Translations under genes and position numbers: made by a program
The notes under the pieces: generated by a model
Told to the model about the DNA's origin: nothing
The model's database searches: none
Seen by the model: the letters and a program-made list of their open reading frames with translations, nothing else
Shown: piece after piece, positions 11,301-24,100 of the stretch
Position numbering within the stretch: the first letter of the stretch is position 1
Layout of the letters: every line of letters starts with the position of its first letter
Assembly (NCBI GenBank): GCA_964016885.1
Contig: OZ024743.1
Location: 51,026,001-51,090,000 of the forward strand
Origin: Eledone cirrhosa
Taxonomy: Eukaryota
Reading direction: 5' to 3'
Length of the DNA: 64,000 nt

Positions 11301-14300
11301 CTGTGGTAGTGTTTGGGGTGGTTGTGGTAGAGTTTGGGGTGTCTGTGGTAGTGTTTGGGGTGGTTGTTGTAGTGTTTGGGGTGGTTGTTGTAGTGTTTGG
11401 GGTGGTTGTGGTAGTGTTTGGGGTGTCTGTGGTAGAGTTTGGGGTGTCTGTGGTAGTGTTTGGGGTGGTTGTTGTAGTGTTTGGTGTGGTTGTGGTAGTG
11501 TTTGTGGTGGTTGTGGTAGTATTTGGGGTGTCTGTAGTAGTGTTTGGGGTGGTTGTGGTAGTGTTAGGGGTGGTTGTGCTAGTGTTTGGGGTGGTTGTGG
11601 TAGTGTTAGGGGTGGTTGTGGTACTGTTTGGGGTGGTTGTGGTAGTGTTTGGGGTGTCTCTGGTAGTGTTTGGGGTGTCTGTGGTAGTGTTTGGGGTGGT
11701 TGTGGTAGTATTTGGGGTGGTTGTGGTAGTGTTTGGGGTGTCTGTAGTAGTGTTTGGGGTGTCTGTGTTAGTGTTTGGGGTGGTTGTGGTAGTGTTTGGG
11801 GTGTCTGTGGTAGTGTTTGGGGTGGTTGTGGTAGTGTTTGGGGTGGTTGTGGTAGTGTTTGGGGTGGTTGTGGTACTGTTTGGGGTGTCTGTGGTAGTGT
11901 TTGGGGTGGTTGTGGTAGTATTTGGGGTGGTTGTGGTAGTGTTTGGGGTGGTTGTGGTAGTGTTTGGGGTGTCTGGTAGTGTTTGGGGTGGTTGTGGTAG
12001 TGTTTGGGGTGTCTGGTAGTGTTTGGGGTGTCTGGTAGTGTTTGGGATGTCTGTGGTAGAGTTTCGGGTGTCTGTGGTAGTGTTTGGGGTGTCTGTGGTA
12101 GTGTTTGGGGTGGTTGTGGTAGTGTTTACGGTGGTTCTGGTAGTGTTTGGGGTGGTTGTGGTAGTGTTTGGGGTGTCTGTGGTAGTGTTTGGGGTGTCTG
12201 TGGTGGTTGTGGTAGTGTTTGGGGTGGGTGTGGTAGTGTTTATGGTGGTTGTGGTAGTGTTTGGGGTGGTTGTGGTAGTGTTTGGGGTGTCTGTGGTAGT
12301 GTTTGGGGTGTCTGTGGTGGTTGTGGTAGTGTTTGGGATGGGTGTGGTAGTGTTTATGGTGGGTGTGGTAGTGTTTGGGGTGTCTGTGGTAGTGTTTGGG
12401 GAGGTTGTGGTAGTGTTTGGGGTGGTTGTGGTAGTGTTTACGGTGTCTGGGGTAGTGTTTGGGGTGGTTGTGGTAGTGTTTATGGTGGTTGTGGTAGTGT
12501 TTGAGGTGGTTGTGGTAGAGTTTGGGGTGTCTGTGGTAGTGTTTGGGGTGGTTGTTGTAGTGTTTGGGGTGGTTGTTGTAGTGTTTGGGGTGTCTGTGGT
12601 AGTGTTTGGGGGTGTCTGTGGTAGTGTTTGGGGTGTCTGTTGTGGTAGTGTTTGGGGTGTCTGTGGTAGTATTTGGGGTATATGTGGTAGTGTTTGGGGT
12701 GTCTGTGGTAGAGTTTGGGGTGTCTGTGTTAGTGTTTTGGGTGTCTGTGGTAGTGTTTGGGGTGTCTGTGGTAGTGTTTGGGGTGTCTGTGGTAGTGTTT
12801 GGGGTGGTTGTGGTAGAGTTTGGGGTGTCTGTGGTAGTGTTTGGGGTGGTTGTTGTAGTGTTTGGGGTGGTTGTTGTAGTGTTTGGGGTGGTTGTGGTAG
12901 TGTTTGGGGTGTCTGTGGTAGAGTTTGGGGTGTCTGTGGTAGTGTTTGGGGTGGTTGTTGTAGTGTTTGGTGTGGTTGTGGTAGTGTTTGTGGTGGTTGT
13001 GGTAGTATTTGGGGTGTCTGTAGTAGTGTTTGGGGTGGTTGTGGTAGTGTTAGGGGTGGTTGTGCTAGTGTTTGGGGTGGTTGTGGTAGTGTTAGGGGTG
13101 GTTGTGGTACTGTTTGGGGTGGTTGTGGTAGTGTTTGGGGTGTCTCTGGTAGTGTTTGGGGTGTCTGTGGTAGTGTTTGGGGTGGTTGTGGTAGTATTTG
13201 GGGTGGTTGTGGTAGTGTTTGGGGTGTCTGTAGTAGTGTTTGGGGTGTCTGTGTTAGTGTTTGGGGTGGTTGTGGTAGTGTTTGGGGTGTCTGTGGTAGT
13301 GTTTGGGGTGGTTGTGGTAGTGTTTGGGGTGGTTGTGGTAGTGTTTGGGGTGGTTGTGGTACTGTTTGGGGTGTCTGTGGTAGTGTTTGGGGTGTCTGTG
13401 GTGGTTGTGGTAGTGTTTGGGGTGGGTGTGGTAGTGTTTATGGTGGTTGTGGTAGTGTTTGGGGTGGTTGTGGTAGTGTTTGGGGTGTCTGTGGTAGTGT
13501 TTGGGGTGTCTGTGGTGGTGTTTGGGGTGGTTGTGGTAGTGTTTGGGGTGGGTGTGGTAGTGTTTATGGTGGTTGTGGTAGTGTTTGGGGTGTCTGTGGT
13601 AGTGTTTGGGGAGGTTGTGGTAGTGTTTGGGGTGTTTGGGGTAGCTGAGGTAGTGTTTGGGGTGGTTGTGGTAGTATTTGGGGTGTCTGTGGTAGTGTTT
13701 GGGGTGTCTGTGGTAGTCTTTGGGGTGTCTGTGGTAGTGTTTGGGGTGTCTGTGGTCGTGTTTGGGGTGGTTGTGGTAGTGTTTGGTGTGGTAGTGGTAG
13801 TGTTTGGGGTGTCTGTGGTAGTGTTTGGGGTGTCTGTGGTAGTGTTTAGGTTGGTTGTGGTAGAGTTTGGGGTGGTTGTGGTAGTGTTTGGGGTGGTAGT
13901 GGTAGTGTTTAGGTTGGTTGTGGTAGAGTTTGGGGTGGTTGTGGTAGTGTTTGGGGTGGTTGTGGTTGTTTACGGTGGTTGTGGTAGTGTTTGGGGTGTC
14001 TGTAGTAGTGTTTGGGGTGTCTGTATTAGTGTTTGGGGTGGTTGTGGTAGTGTTTGGGGTGTCTGTGGTAGTGTTTGGGGTGGTTGTGGTAGTATTTGGG
14101 GTGTCTGTGGTAGTGTTTCGGGTGTCTGTGGTAGTGTTTGGGGTGGTTGTGGTAGTGTTTGGGGTTGTTGTGGTAGTGTTTGGGGTGGTTGTGGTAGTGT
14201 TTGGGGTGTCTGTGGTAGTGTTTGGGGTGGTTGTGGTACTGTTTGGGGTGGTTGTGGTAGTGTTAGGTGTGGTTGTGCTAGTGTTTGGGGTGGTTGTGGT

Positions 14301-17300
14301 ACTGTTTGGGGTGGTTGTAGTGTTTTGGATGGTTGTGGTTGTGGTAGTGTTTGGGGAGGTTGTGGTAGTGTTTGGGCTGTATGTGGTAGTGTTTGGGGTG
14401 TCTGTGGTAGTGTTTGGGGTGGTTGTGGTAGTGTTTGGGGTGGTTGTGGTACTGTTTGGGGTGGTTGTGGTAGTGTTTGGGGTGGTTGTGGTAGTGTTTG
14501 GGGTTGTTGGGGTGGTTGTGGTAGTGTTTGTGGTGGTTGTGGTACTGTTTGGGGTGGTTGTGGTAGTATTTGGGACGGTTGTGGTAGTGTTTGGGGTGTC
14601 AGGTGGTGTTTGGGGTGTCTGTGGTAGAATTTCGGGTGGTTGTGGTAGTGTTTGGGATGTTAGGTAGTGTTTGGGGTGTCTGTGGTAGAGTTTCGGGTGG
14701 TTGTGGTAGTGTTTACGGTGTCTGTGGTAGTGTTTGGGGTGGTTGTGGTAGTGTTTGGGGTGGTTGTGGTAGTGTTTATGGTGGTTGTGGTAGTGTTTAT
14801 GGTGGTTGTGGTAGTGTTTGGGGTGGTTGTGGTAGTGTTTGGGGTGTCTGTGGTAGTGTTTGGGGTGTCTGGTGGTGTTTGGGGTGGTTGTGGTAGTGTT
14901 TGGGTTGGTTGTGGTAGTGTTTGAGGTGGTTGTGGTACTGTTTGGGGTGGTTGTGGTAGTGTTTGGGGTGGTTGTGGTAGTGTTTGGGGTTGTTGTGGTA
15001 GTGTTTGGGGTTGTTGTGGTAGTGTTTGGGGTGGTTGTGGTACTGTTTGGGGTGGTTGTGGTAGTATTTGGGACGGTTGTGGTAGTGTTTGGGGTGTCTG
15101 TGGTAGAGTTTCGGGTGGTTGTGGTAGTGTTTGGGATGTTAGGTAGTGTTTGGGGTGTCTGTGGTAGAGTTTTGGGTGGTTGTGGTAGTGTTTGGGGTGG
15201 TTGTGGTAGTGTTTACGGTGTCTGGGGTAGTGTTTGGGGTGGTTGTGGTAGTGTTTATGGTGGTTGTGGTAGTGTTTGAGGTGGTTGTGGTAGAGTTTGG
15301 GGTGTCTGTGGTAGTGTTTGGGGTGGTTGTTGTAGTGTTTGGGGTGGTTGTTGTAGTGTTTGGGGTGTCTGTGGTAGTGTTTGGGGGTGTCTGTGGTAGT
15401 GTTTGGGGTGTCTGTTGTGGTAGTGTTTGGGGTGTCTGTGGTAGTATTTGGGGTATATGTGGTAGTGTTTGGGGTGTCTGTGGTAGAGTTTGGGGTGTCT
15501 GTGTTAGTGTTTTGGGTGTCTGTGGTAGTGTTTGGGGTGTCTGTGGTAGTGTTTGGGGTGTCTGTGGTAGTGTTTGGGGTGGTTGTGGTAGAGTTTGGGG
15601 TGTCTGTGGTAGTGTTTGGGGTGGTTGTTGTAGTGTTTGGGGTGGTTGTTGTAGTGTTTGGGGTGGTTGTGGTAGTGTTTGGGGTGTCTGTGGTAGTGTT
15701 TGGGGTGGTTGTGGTAGAGTTTGGGGTGTCTGTGGTAGTGTTTGGGGTGGTTGTTGTAGTGTTTGGGGTGGTTGTGGTAGTGTTTGTGGTGGTTGTGGTA
15801 GTATTTGGGGTGTCTGTAGTAGTGTTTGGGGTGGTTGTGGTAGTGTTAGGGGTGGTTGTGCTAGTGTTTGGGGTGGTTGTGGTAGTGTTAGGGGTGGTTG
15901 TGGTACTGTTTGGGGTGGTTGTGGTATTGTTGGGGTGTCTCTGGTAGTGTTTGGGGTGTCTGTGGTAGTGTTTGGGGTGGTTGTGGTAGTATTTGGGGTG
16001 GTTGTGGTAGTGTTTGGGGTGTCTGTAGTAGTGTTTGGGGTGTCTGTGTTAGTGTTTGGGGTGGTTGTGGTAGTGTTTGGGGTGTCTGTGGTAGTGTTTG
16101 GGGTGGTTGTGGTAGTGTTTGGGGTGGTTGTGGTAGTGTTTGGGGTGGTTGTGGTACTGTTTGGGGTGTCTGTGGTAGTGTTTGGGGTGGTTGTGGTAGT
16201 GTTTGGGGTGGTTGTGCTAGTGTTTGGGGTGGTTGTGGTGTTTGGGATGGTTGTGGTTGTGGTAGTGTTTGGGGAGGTTGTGGTAGTGTTTGGGCTGTAT
16301 GTGGTAGTGTTTGGGGTGTCTGGTGGTGTTTGGGGTGGTTGTGGTAGTGTTTGGGGTGGTTGTGGTAGTGTTTGAGGTGGTTGTGGTACTGTTTGGGGTG
16401 GTTGTGGTAGTGTTTGGGGTGGTTGTGGTAGTGTTTGGGGTTGTTGTGGTAGTGTTTGGGGTTGTTGTGGTAGTGTTTGGGGTGGTTGTGGTACTGTTTG
16501 GGGTGGTTGTGGTAGTATTTGGGACGGTTGTGGTAGTGTTTGGGGTGTCAGGTGGTGTTTGGGGTGTCTGTGGTAGAGTTTCGGGTGGTTGTGGTAGTGT
16601 TTGGGATGTTAGGTAGTGTTTGGGGTGTCTGTGGTAGAGTTTCGGGTGGTTGTGGTAGTGTTTACGGTGTCTGGGGTAGTGTTTGGGGTGGTTGTGGTAG
16701 TGTTTATGGTGGTTGTGGTAGTGTTTGAGGTGGTTGTGGTAGAGTTTGGGGTGTCTGTGGTAGTGTTTGGGGTGGTTGTTGTAGTGTTTGGGGTGGTTGT
16801 TGTAGTGTTTGGGGTGTCTGTGGTAGTGTTTGGGGGTGTCTGTGGTAGTGTTTGGGGTGTCTGTTGTGGTAGTGTTTGGGGTGTCTGTGGTAGTATTTGG
16901 GGTATATGTGGTAGTGTTTGGGGTGTCTGTGGTAGAGTTTGGGGTGTCTGTGTTAGTGTTTTGGGTGTCTGTGGTAGTGTTTGGGGTGTCTGTGGTAGTG
17001 TTTGGGGTGTCTGTGGTAGTGTTTGGGGTGGTTGTGGTAGAGTTTGGGGTGTCTGTGGTAGTGTTTGGGGTGGTTGTTGTAGTGTTTGGGGTGGTTGTTG
17101 TAGTGTTTGGGGTGGTTGTGGTAGTGTTTGGGGTGTCTGTGGTAGAGTTTGGGGTGTCTGTGGTAGTGTTTGGGGTGGTTGTTGTAGTGTTTGGTGTGGT
17201 TGTGGTAGTGTTTGTGGTGGTTGTGGTAGTATTTGGGGTGTCTGTAGTAGTGTTTGGGGTGGTTGTGGTAGTGTTAGGGGTGGTTGTGCTAGTGTTTGGG

Positions 17301-19150
17301 GTGGTTGTGGTAGTGTTAGGGGTGGTTGTGGTACTGTTTGGGGTGGTTGTGGTAGTGTTTGGGGTGTCTCTGGTAGTGTTTGGGGTGTCTGTGGTAGTGT
17401 TTGGGGTGGTTGTGGTAGTATTTGGGGTGGTTGTGGTAGTGTTTGGGGTGTCTGTAGTAGTGTTTGGGGTGTCTGTGTTAGTGTTTGGGGTGGTTGTGGT
17501 AGTGTTTGGGGTGTCTGTGGTAGTGTTTGGGGTGGTTGTGGTAGTGTTTGGGGTGGTTGTGGTAGTGTTTGGGGTGGTTGTGGTACTGTTTGGGGTGTCT
17601 GTGGTAGTGTTTGGGGTGGTTGTGGTAGTATTTGGGGTGGTTGTGGTAGTGTTTGGGGTGGTTGTGGTAGTGTTTGGGGTGTCTGGTAGTGTTTGGGGTG
17701 GTTGTGGTAGTGTTTGGGGTGTCTGGTAGTGTTTGGGGTGTCTGGTAGTGTTTGGGATGTCTGTGGTAGAGTTTCGGGTGTCTGTGGTAGTGTTTGGGGT
17801 GTCTGTGGTAGTGTTTGGGGTGGTTGTGGTAGTGTTTACGGTGGTTCTGGTAGTGTTTGGGGTGGTTGTGGTAGTGTTTGGGGTGTCTGTGGTAGTGTTT
17901 GGGGTGTCTGTGGTGGTTGTGGTAGTGTTTGGGGTGGGTGTGGTAGTGTTTATGGTAGTTGTGGTAGTGTTTGGGGTGGTTGTGGTAGTGTTTGGGGTGT
18001 CTGTGGTAGTGTTTGGGGTGTCTGTGGTGGTTGTGGTAGTGTTTGGGGTGGGTGTGGTAGTGTTTATGGTGGGTGTGGTAGTGTTTGGGGTGTCTGTGGT
18101 AGTGTTTGGGGAGGTTGTGGTAGTGTTTGGGGTGGTTGTGGTAGTGTTTACGGTGTCTGGGGTAGTGTTTGGGGTGGTTGTGGTAGTGTTTATGGTGGTT
18201 GTGGTAGTGTTTGAGGTGGTTGTGGTAGAGTTTGGGGTGTCTGTGGTAGTGTTTGGGGTGGTTGTTGTAGTGTTTGGGGTGGTTGTTGTAGTGTTTGGGG
18301 TGTCTGTGGTAGTGTTTGGGGGTGTCTGTGGTAGTGTTTGGGGTGTCTGTTGTGGTAGTGTTTGGGGTGTCTGTGGTAGTATTTGGGGTAGTGTTTGGGG
18401 TGTCTGTGGTAGAGTTTGGGGTGTCTGTGTTAGTGTTTTGGGTGTCTGTGGTAGTGTTTGGGGTGTCTGTGGTAGTGTTTGGGGTGTCTGTGGTAGTGTT
18501 TGGGGTGGTTGTGGTAGAGTTTGGGGTGTCTGTGGTAGTGTTTGGGGTGGTTGTTGTAGTGTTTGGGGTGGTTGTTGTAGTGTTTGGGGTGGTTGTGGTA
18601 GTGTTTGGGGTGTCTGTGGTAGTGTTTGGGGTGGTTGTGGTAGAGTTTGGGGTGTCTGTGGTAGTGTTTGGGGTGGTTGTTGTAGTGTTTGGGGTGGTTG
18701 TGGTAGTGTTTGTGGTGGTTGTGGTAGTATTTGGGGTGTCTGTAGTAGTGCTTGGGGTGGTTGTGGTAGTGTTAGGGGTGGTTGTGCTAGTGTTTGGGGT
18801 GGTTGTGGTAGTGTTAGGGGTGGTTGTGGTACTGTTTGGGGTGGTTGTGGTAGTGTTTGGGGTGTCTCTGGTAGTGTTTGGGGTGTCTGTGGTAGTGTTT
18901 GGGGTGGTTGTGGTAGTATTTGGGGTGGTTGTGGTAGTGTTTGGGGTGTCTGTAGTAGTGTTTGGGGTGTCTGTGTTAGTGTTTGGGGTGGTTGTGGTAG
19001 TGTTTGGGGTGTCTGTGGTAGTGTTTGGGGTGGTTGTGGTAGTGTTTGGGGTGGTTGTGGTAGTGTTTGGGGTGGTTGTGGTACTGTTTGGGGTGTCTGT
19101 GGTAGTGTTTGGGGTGGTTGTGGTAGTATTTGGGGTGGTTGTGGTAGTGT
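8340..19150. repeat. About 5.9-kb tandem higher-order duplication inside the array (approximate bounds)
   Basis: Offset 5878 for 8713/14591, 9268/15146, 10020/15898 and 10952/16830, and for the rare variant GTGGTAGAATTTCGG (8743/14621). The offset becomes 5710 (8 monomers fewer) at 12004/17714. Confidence 0.9.
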
Positions 19151-21134
19151 TTGGGGTGGTTGTGCTAGTGTTTGGGGGTGGTTGTGGTGTTTGGGATGGT
19201 TGTGGTTGTGGTAGTGTTTGGGGAGGTTGTGGTAGTGTTTGGGCTGTATGTGGTAGTGTTTGGGGTGTCTGGTGGTGTTTGGGGTGGTTGTGGTAGTGTT
19301 TGGGGTGGTTGTGGTAGTGTTTGAGGTGGTTGTGGTACTGTTTGGGGTGGTTGTGGTAGTGTTTGGGGTGGTTGTGGTAGTGTTTGGGGTTGTTGTGGTA
19401 GTGTTTGGGGTTGTTGTGGTAGTGTTTGGGGTGGTTGTGGTACTGTTTGGGGTGGTTGTGGTAGTATTTGGGACGGTTGTGGTAGTGTTTGGGGTGTCAG
19501 GTGGTGTTTGGGGTGTCTGTGGTAGAGTTTCGGGTGGTTGTGGTAGTGTTTGGGATGTTAGGTAGTGTTTGGGGTGTCTGTGGTAGAGTTTCGGGTGGTT
19601 GTGGTAGTGTTTACGGTGTCTGGGGTAGTGTTTGGGGTGGTTGTGGTAGTGTTTATGGTGGTTGTGGTAGTGTTTGAGGTGGTTGTGGTAGAGTTTGGGG
19701 TGTCTGTGGTAGTGTTTGGGGTGGTTGTTGTAGTGTTTGGGGTGGTTGTTGTAGTGTTTGGGGTGTCTGTGGTAGTGTTTGGGGGTGTCTGTGGTAGTGT
19801 TTGGGGTGTCTGTTGTGGTAGTGTTTGGGGTGTCTGTGGTAGTATTTGGGGTATATGTGGTAGTGTTTGGGGTGTCTGTGGTAGAGTTTGGGGTGTCTGT
19901 GTTAGTGTTTTGGGTGTCTGTGGTAGTGTTTGGGGTGTCTGTGGTAGTGTTTGGGGTGTCTGTGGTAGTGTTTGGGGTGGTTGTGGTAGAGTTTGGGGTG
20001 TCTGTGGTAGTGTTTGGGGTGGTTGTTGTAGTGTTTGGGGTGGTTGTTGTAGTGTTTGGGGTGGTTGTGGTAGTGTTTGGGGTGTCTGTGGTAGTGTTTG
20101 GGGTGGTTGTGGTAGAGTTTGGGGTGTCTGTGGTAGTGTTTGGGGTGGTTGTTGTAGTGTTTGGGGTGGTTGTGGTAGTGTTTGTGGTGGTTGTGGTAGT
20201 ATTTGGGGTGTCTGTAGTAGTGTTTGGGGTGGTTGTGGTAGTGTTAGGGGTGGTTGTGCTAGTGTTTGGGGTGGTTGTGGTAGTGTTAGGGGTGGTTGTG
20301 GTACTGTTTGGGGTGGTTGTGGTAGTGTTTGGGGTGTCTCTGGTAGTGTTTGGGGTGTCTGTGGTAGTGTTTGGGGTGGTTGTGGTAGTATTTGGGGTGG
20401 TTGTGGTAGTGTTTGGGGTGTCTGTAGTAGTGTTTGGGGTGTCTGTGTTAGTGTTTGGGGTGGTTGTGGTAGTGTTTGGGGTGTCTGTGGTAGTGTTTGG
20501 GGTGGTTGTGGTAGTGTTTGGGGTGGTTGTGGTAGTGTTTGGGGTGGTTGTGGTACTGTTTGGGGTGTCTGTGGTAGTGTTTGGGGTGGTTGTGGTAGTA
20601 TTTGGGGTGGTTGTGGTAGTGTTTGGGGTGGTTGTGGTAGTGTTTGGGGTGTCTGGTAGTGTTTGGGGTGGTTGTGGTAGTGTTTGGGGTGTCTGGTAGT
20701 GTTTGGGGTGTCTGGTAGTGTTTGGGATGTCTGTGGTAGAGTTTCGGGTGTCTGTGGTAGTGTTTGGGGTGTCTGTGGTAGTGTTTGGGGTGGTTGTGGT
20801 AGTGTTTACGGTGGTTCTGGTAGTGTTTGGGGTGGTTGTGGTAGTGTTTGGGGTGTCTGTGGTAGTGTTTGGGGTGTCTGTGGTGGTTGTGGTAGTGTTT
20901 GGGGTGGGTGTGGTAGTGTTTATGGTGGTTGTGGTAGTGTTTGGGGTGGTTGTGGTAGTGTTTGGGGTGTCTGTGGTAGTGTTTGGGGTGTCTGTGGTGG
21001 TTGTGGTAGTGTTTGGGGTGGGTGTGGTAGTGTTTATGGTGGGTGTGGTAGTGTTTGGGGTGTCTGTGGTAGTGTTTGGGGAGGTTGTGGTAGTGTTTGG
21101 GGTGTTTGGGGTAGCTGAGGTAGTGTTTGGGGTG

Positions 21135-24100
21135 GTTGTGGTAGTATTTGGGGTGTCTGTGGTAGTGTTTGGGGTGTCTGTGGTAGTCTTTGGGGTGTCT
21201 GTGGTAGTGTTTGGGGTGTCTGTGGTCGTGTTTGGGGTGGTTGTGGTAGTGTTTGGTGTGGTAGTGGTAGTGTTTGGGGTGTCTGTGGTAGTGTTTAGGT
21301 TGGTTGTGGTAGAGTTTGGGGTGGTTGTGGTAGTGTTTGGGGTGGTAGTGGTAGTGTTTGGGGTGTCTGTGGTAGTGTTTAGGTTGGTTGTGGTAGAGTT
21401 TGGGGTGGTTGTGGTTGTTTACGGTGGTTGTGGTAGTGTTTGGGGTGGTTGTGGTTGTTTACGGTGGTTGTGGTAGTGTTTGGGGTGTCTGTAGTAGTGT
21501 TTGGGGTGTCTGTATTAGTGTTTGGGGTGGTTGTGGTAGTGTTTGGGGTGTCTGTGGTAGTGTTTGGGGTGGTTGTGGTAGTATTTGGGGTGTCTGTGGT
21601 AGTGTTTCGGGTGTCTGTGGTAGTGTTTGGGGTGGTTGTGGTAGTGTTTGGGGTGGTTGTGGTAGTGTTTGGGGTTGTTGTGGTAGTGTTTGGGGTGGTT
21701 GTGGTAGTGTTTGGGGTGTCTGTGGTAGTGTTTGGGGTGGTTGTGGTACTGTTTGGGGTGGTTGTGGTAGTGTTAGGTGTGGTTGTGCTAGTGTTTGGGG
21801 TGGTTGTGGTACTGTTTGGGGTGGTTGTAGTGTTTTGGATGGTTGTGGTTGTGGTAGTGTTTGGGGAGGTTGTGGTAGTGTTTGGGCTGTATGTGGTAGT
21901 GTTTGGGGTGTCTGTGGTAGTGTTTGGGGTGGTTGTGGTAGTGTTTGGGGTGGTTGTGGTACTGTTTGGGGTGGTTGTGGTAGTGTTTGGGGTTGTTGGG
22001 GTGGTTGTGGTAGTGTTTGTGGTGGTTGTGGTACTGTTTGGGGTGGTTGTGGTAGTATTTGGGACGGTTGTGGTAGTGTTTGGGGTGTCAGGTGGTGTTT
22101 GGGGTGTCTGTGGTAGAGTTTCGGGTGGTTGTGGTAGTGTTTGGGATGTTAGGTAGTGTTTGGGGTGTCTGTGGTAGAGTTTCGGGTGGTTGTGGTAGTG
22201 TTTACGGTGTCTGTGGTAGTGTTTGGGGTGGTTGTAGTAGTGTTTATGGTGGTTGTGGTAGTGTTTATGGTGGTTGTGGTAGTGTTTGGGGTGGTTGTGG
22301 TAGTGTTTGGGGTGTCTGTGGTAGTGTTTGGGGTGTCTGGTGGTGTTTGGGGTGGTTGTGGTAGTGTTTGAGGTGGTTGTGGTACTGTTTGGGGTGGTTG
22401 TGGTAGTGTTTGGGGTGGTTGTGGTAGTGTTTGGGGTTGTTGTGGTAGTGTTTGGGGTTGTTGTGGTAGTGTTTGGGGTGGTTGTGGTACTGTTTGGGGT
22501 GGTTGTGGTAGTATTTGGGACGGTTGTGGTAGTGTTTGGGGTGTCAGGTGGTGTTTGGGGTGTCTGTGGTAGAGTTTCGGGTGGTTGTGGTAGTGTTTGG
22601 GATGTTAGGTAGTGTTTGGGGTGTCTGTGGTAGAGTTTCGGGTGGTTGTGGTAGTGTTTGGGGTGGTTGTGGTAGTGTTTACGGTGTCTGGGGTAGTGTT
22701 TGGGGTGGTTGTGGTAGTGTTTATGGTGGTTGTGGTAGTGTTTGAGGTGGTTGTGGTAGAGTTTGGGGTGTCTGTGGTAGTGTTTGGGGTGGTTGTTGTA
22801 TTGTTTGGGGTGGTTGTTGTATTGTTTGGGGGTGTCTGTGGTAGTGTTTGGGGGTGTCTGTGGTAGTGTTTGGGGTGTCTGTGGTAGTATTTGGGGTATA
22901 TGTGGTAGTGTTTGGGGTGTCTGTGGTAGAGTTTGGGGTGTCTGTGTTAGTGTTTTGGGTGTCTGTGGTAGTGTTTGGGGTGTCTGTGGTAGTGTTTGGG
23001 GTGTCTGTGGTAGTGTTTGGGGTGGTTGTGGTAGAGTTTGGGGTGTCTGTGGTAGTGTTTGGGGTGGTTGTTGTAGTGTTTGGGGTGGTTGTTGTAGTGT
23101 TTGGGGTGGTTGTGGTAGTGTTTGGGGTGTCTGTGGTAGTGTTTGGGGTGGTTGTGGTAGAGTTTGGGGTGTCTGTAGTAGTGTTTGGGGTGGTTGTGGT
23201 AGTGTTAGGGGTGGTTGTGCTAGTGTTTGGGGTGGTTGTGGTAGTGTTAGGGGTGGTTGTGGTACTGTTTGGGGTGGTTGTGGTAGTGTTTGGGGTGTCT
23301 CTGGTAGTGTTTGGGGTGTCTGTGGTAGTGTTTGGGGTGGTTGTGGTAGTATTTGGGGTGGTTGTGGTAGTGTTTGGGGTGTCTGTAGTAGTGTTTGGGG
23401 TGTCTGTGTTAGTGTTTGGGGTGGTTGTGGTAGTGTTTGGGGTGTCTGTGGTAGTGTTTGGGGTGGTTGTGGTAGTGTTTGGGGTGGTTGTGGTAGTGTT
23501 TGGGGTGGTTGTGGTACTGTTTGGGGTGTCAGTGGTAGTGTTTGGGGTGGTTGTGGTAGTATTTGGGGTGGTTGTGGTAGTGTTTGGGGTGGTTGTGGTA
23601 GTGTTTGGGGTGTCTGGTAGTGTTTGGGGTGGTTGTGGTAGTGATTGGGGTGTCTGGTAGTGTTTGGGGTGTCTGGTAGTGTTTGGGATGTCTGTGGTAG
23701 AGTTTCGGGTGTCTGTGGTAGTGTTTGGGGTGTCTGTGGTGGTTGTGGTAGTGTTTACGGTGGTTCTGGTAGTGTTTGGGGTGGTTGTGGTAGTGTTTGG
23801 GGTGTCTGTGGTAGTGTTTGGGGTGTCTGTGGTGGTTGTGGTAGTGTTTGGGGTGGGTGTGGTAGTGTTTATGGTGGTTGTGGTAGTGTTTGGGGTGGTT
23901 GTGGTAGTGTTTGGGGTGTCTGTGGTAGTGTTTGGGGTGTCTGTGGTGGTTGTGGTAGTGTTTGGGGTGGGTGTGGTAGTGTTTATGGTGGTTGTGGTAG
24001 TGTTTGGGGTGTCTGTGGTAGTGTTTGGGGAGGTTGTGGTAGTGTTTGGGGTGTTTGGGGTAGCTGAGGTAGTGTTTGGGGTGGTTGTGGTAGTATTTGG

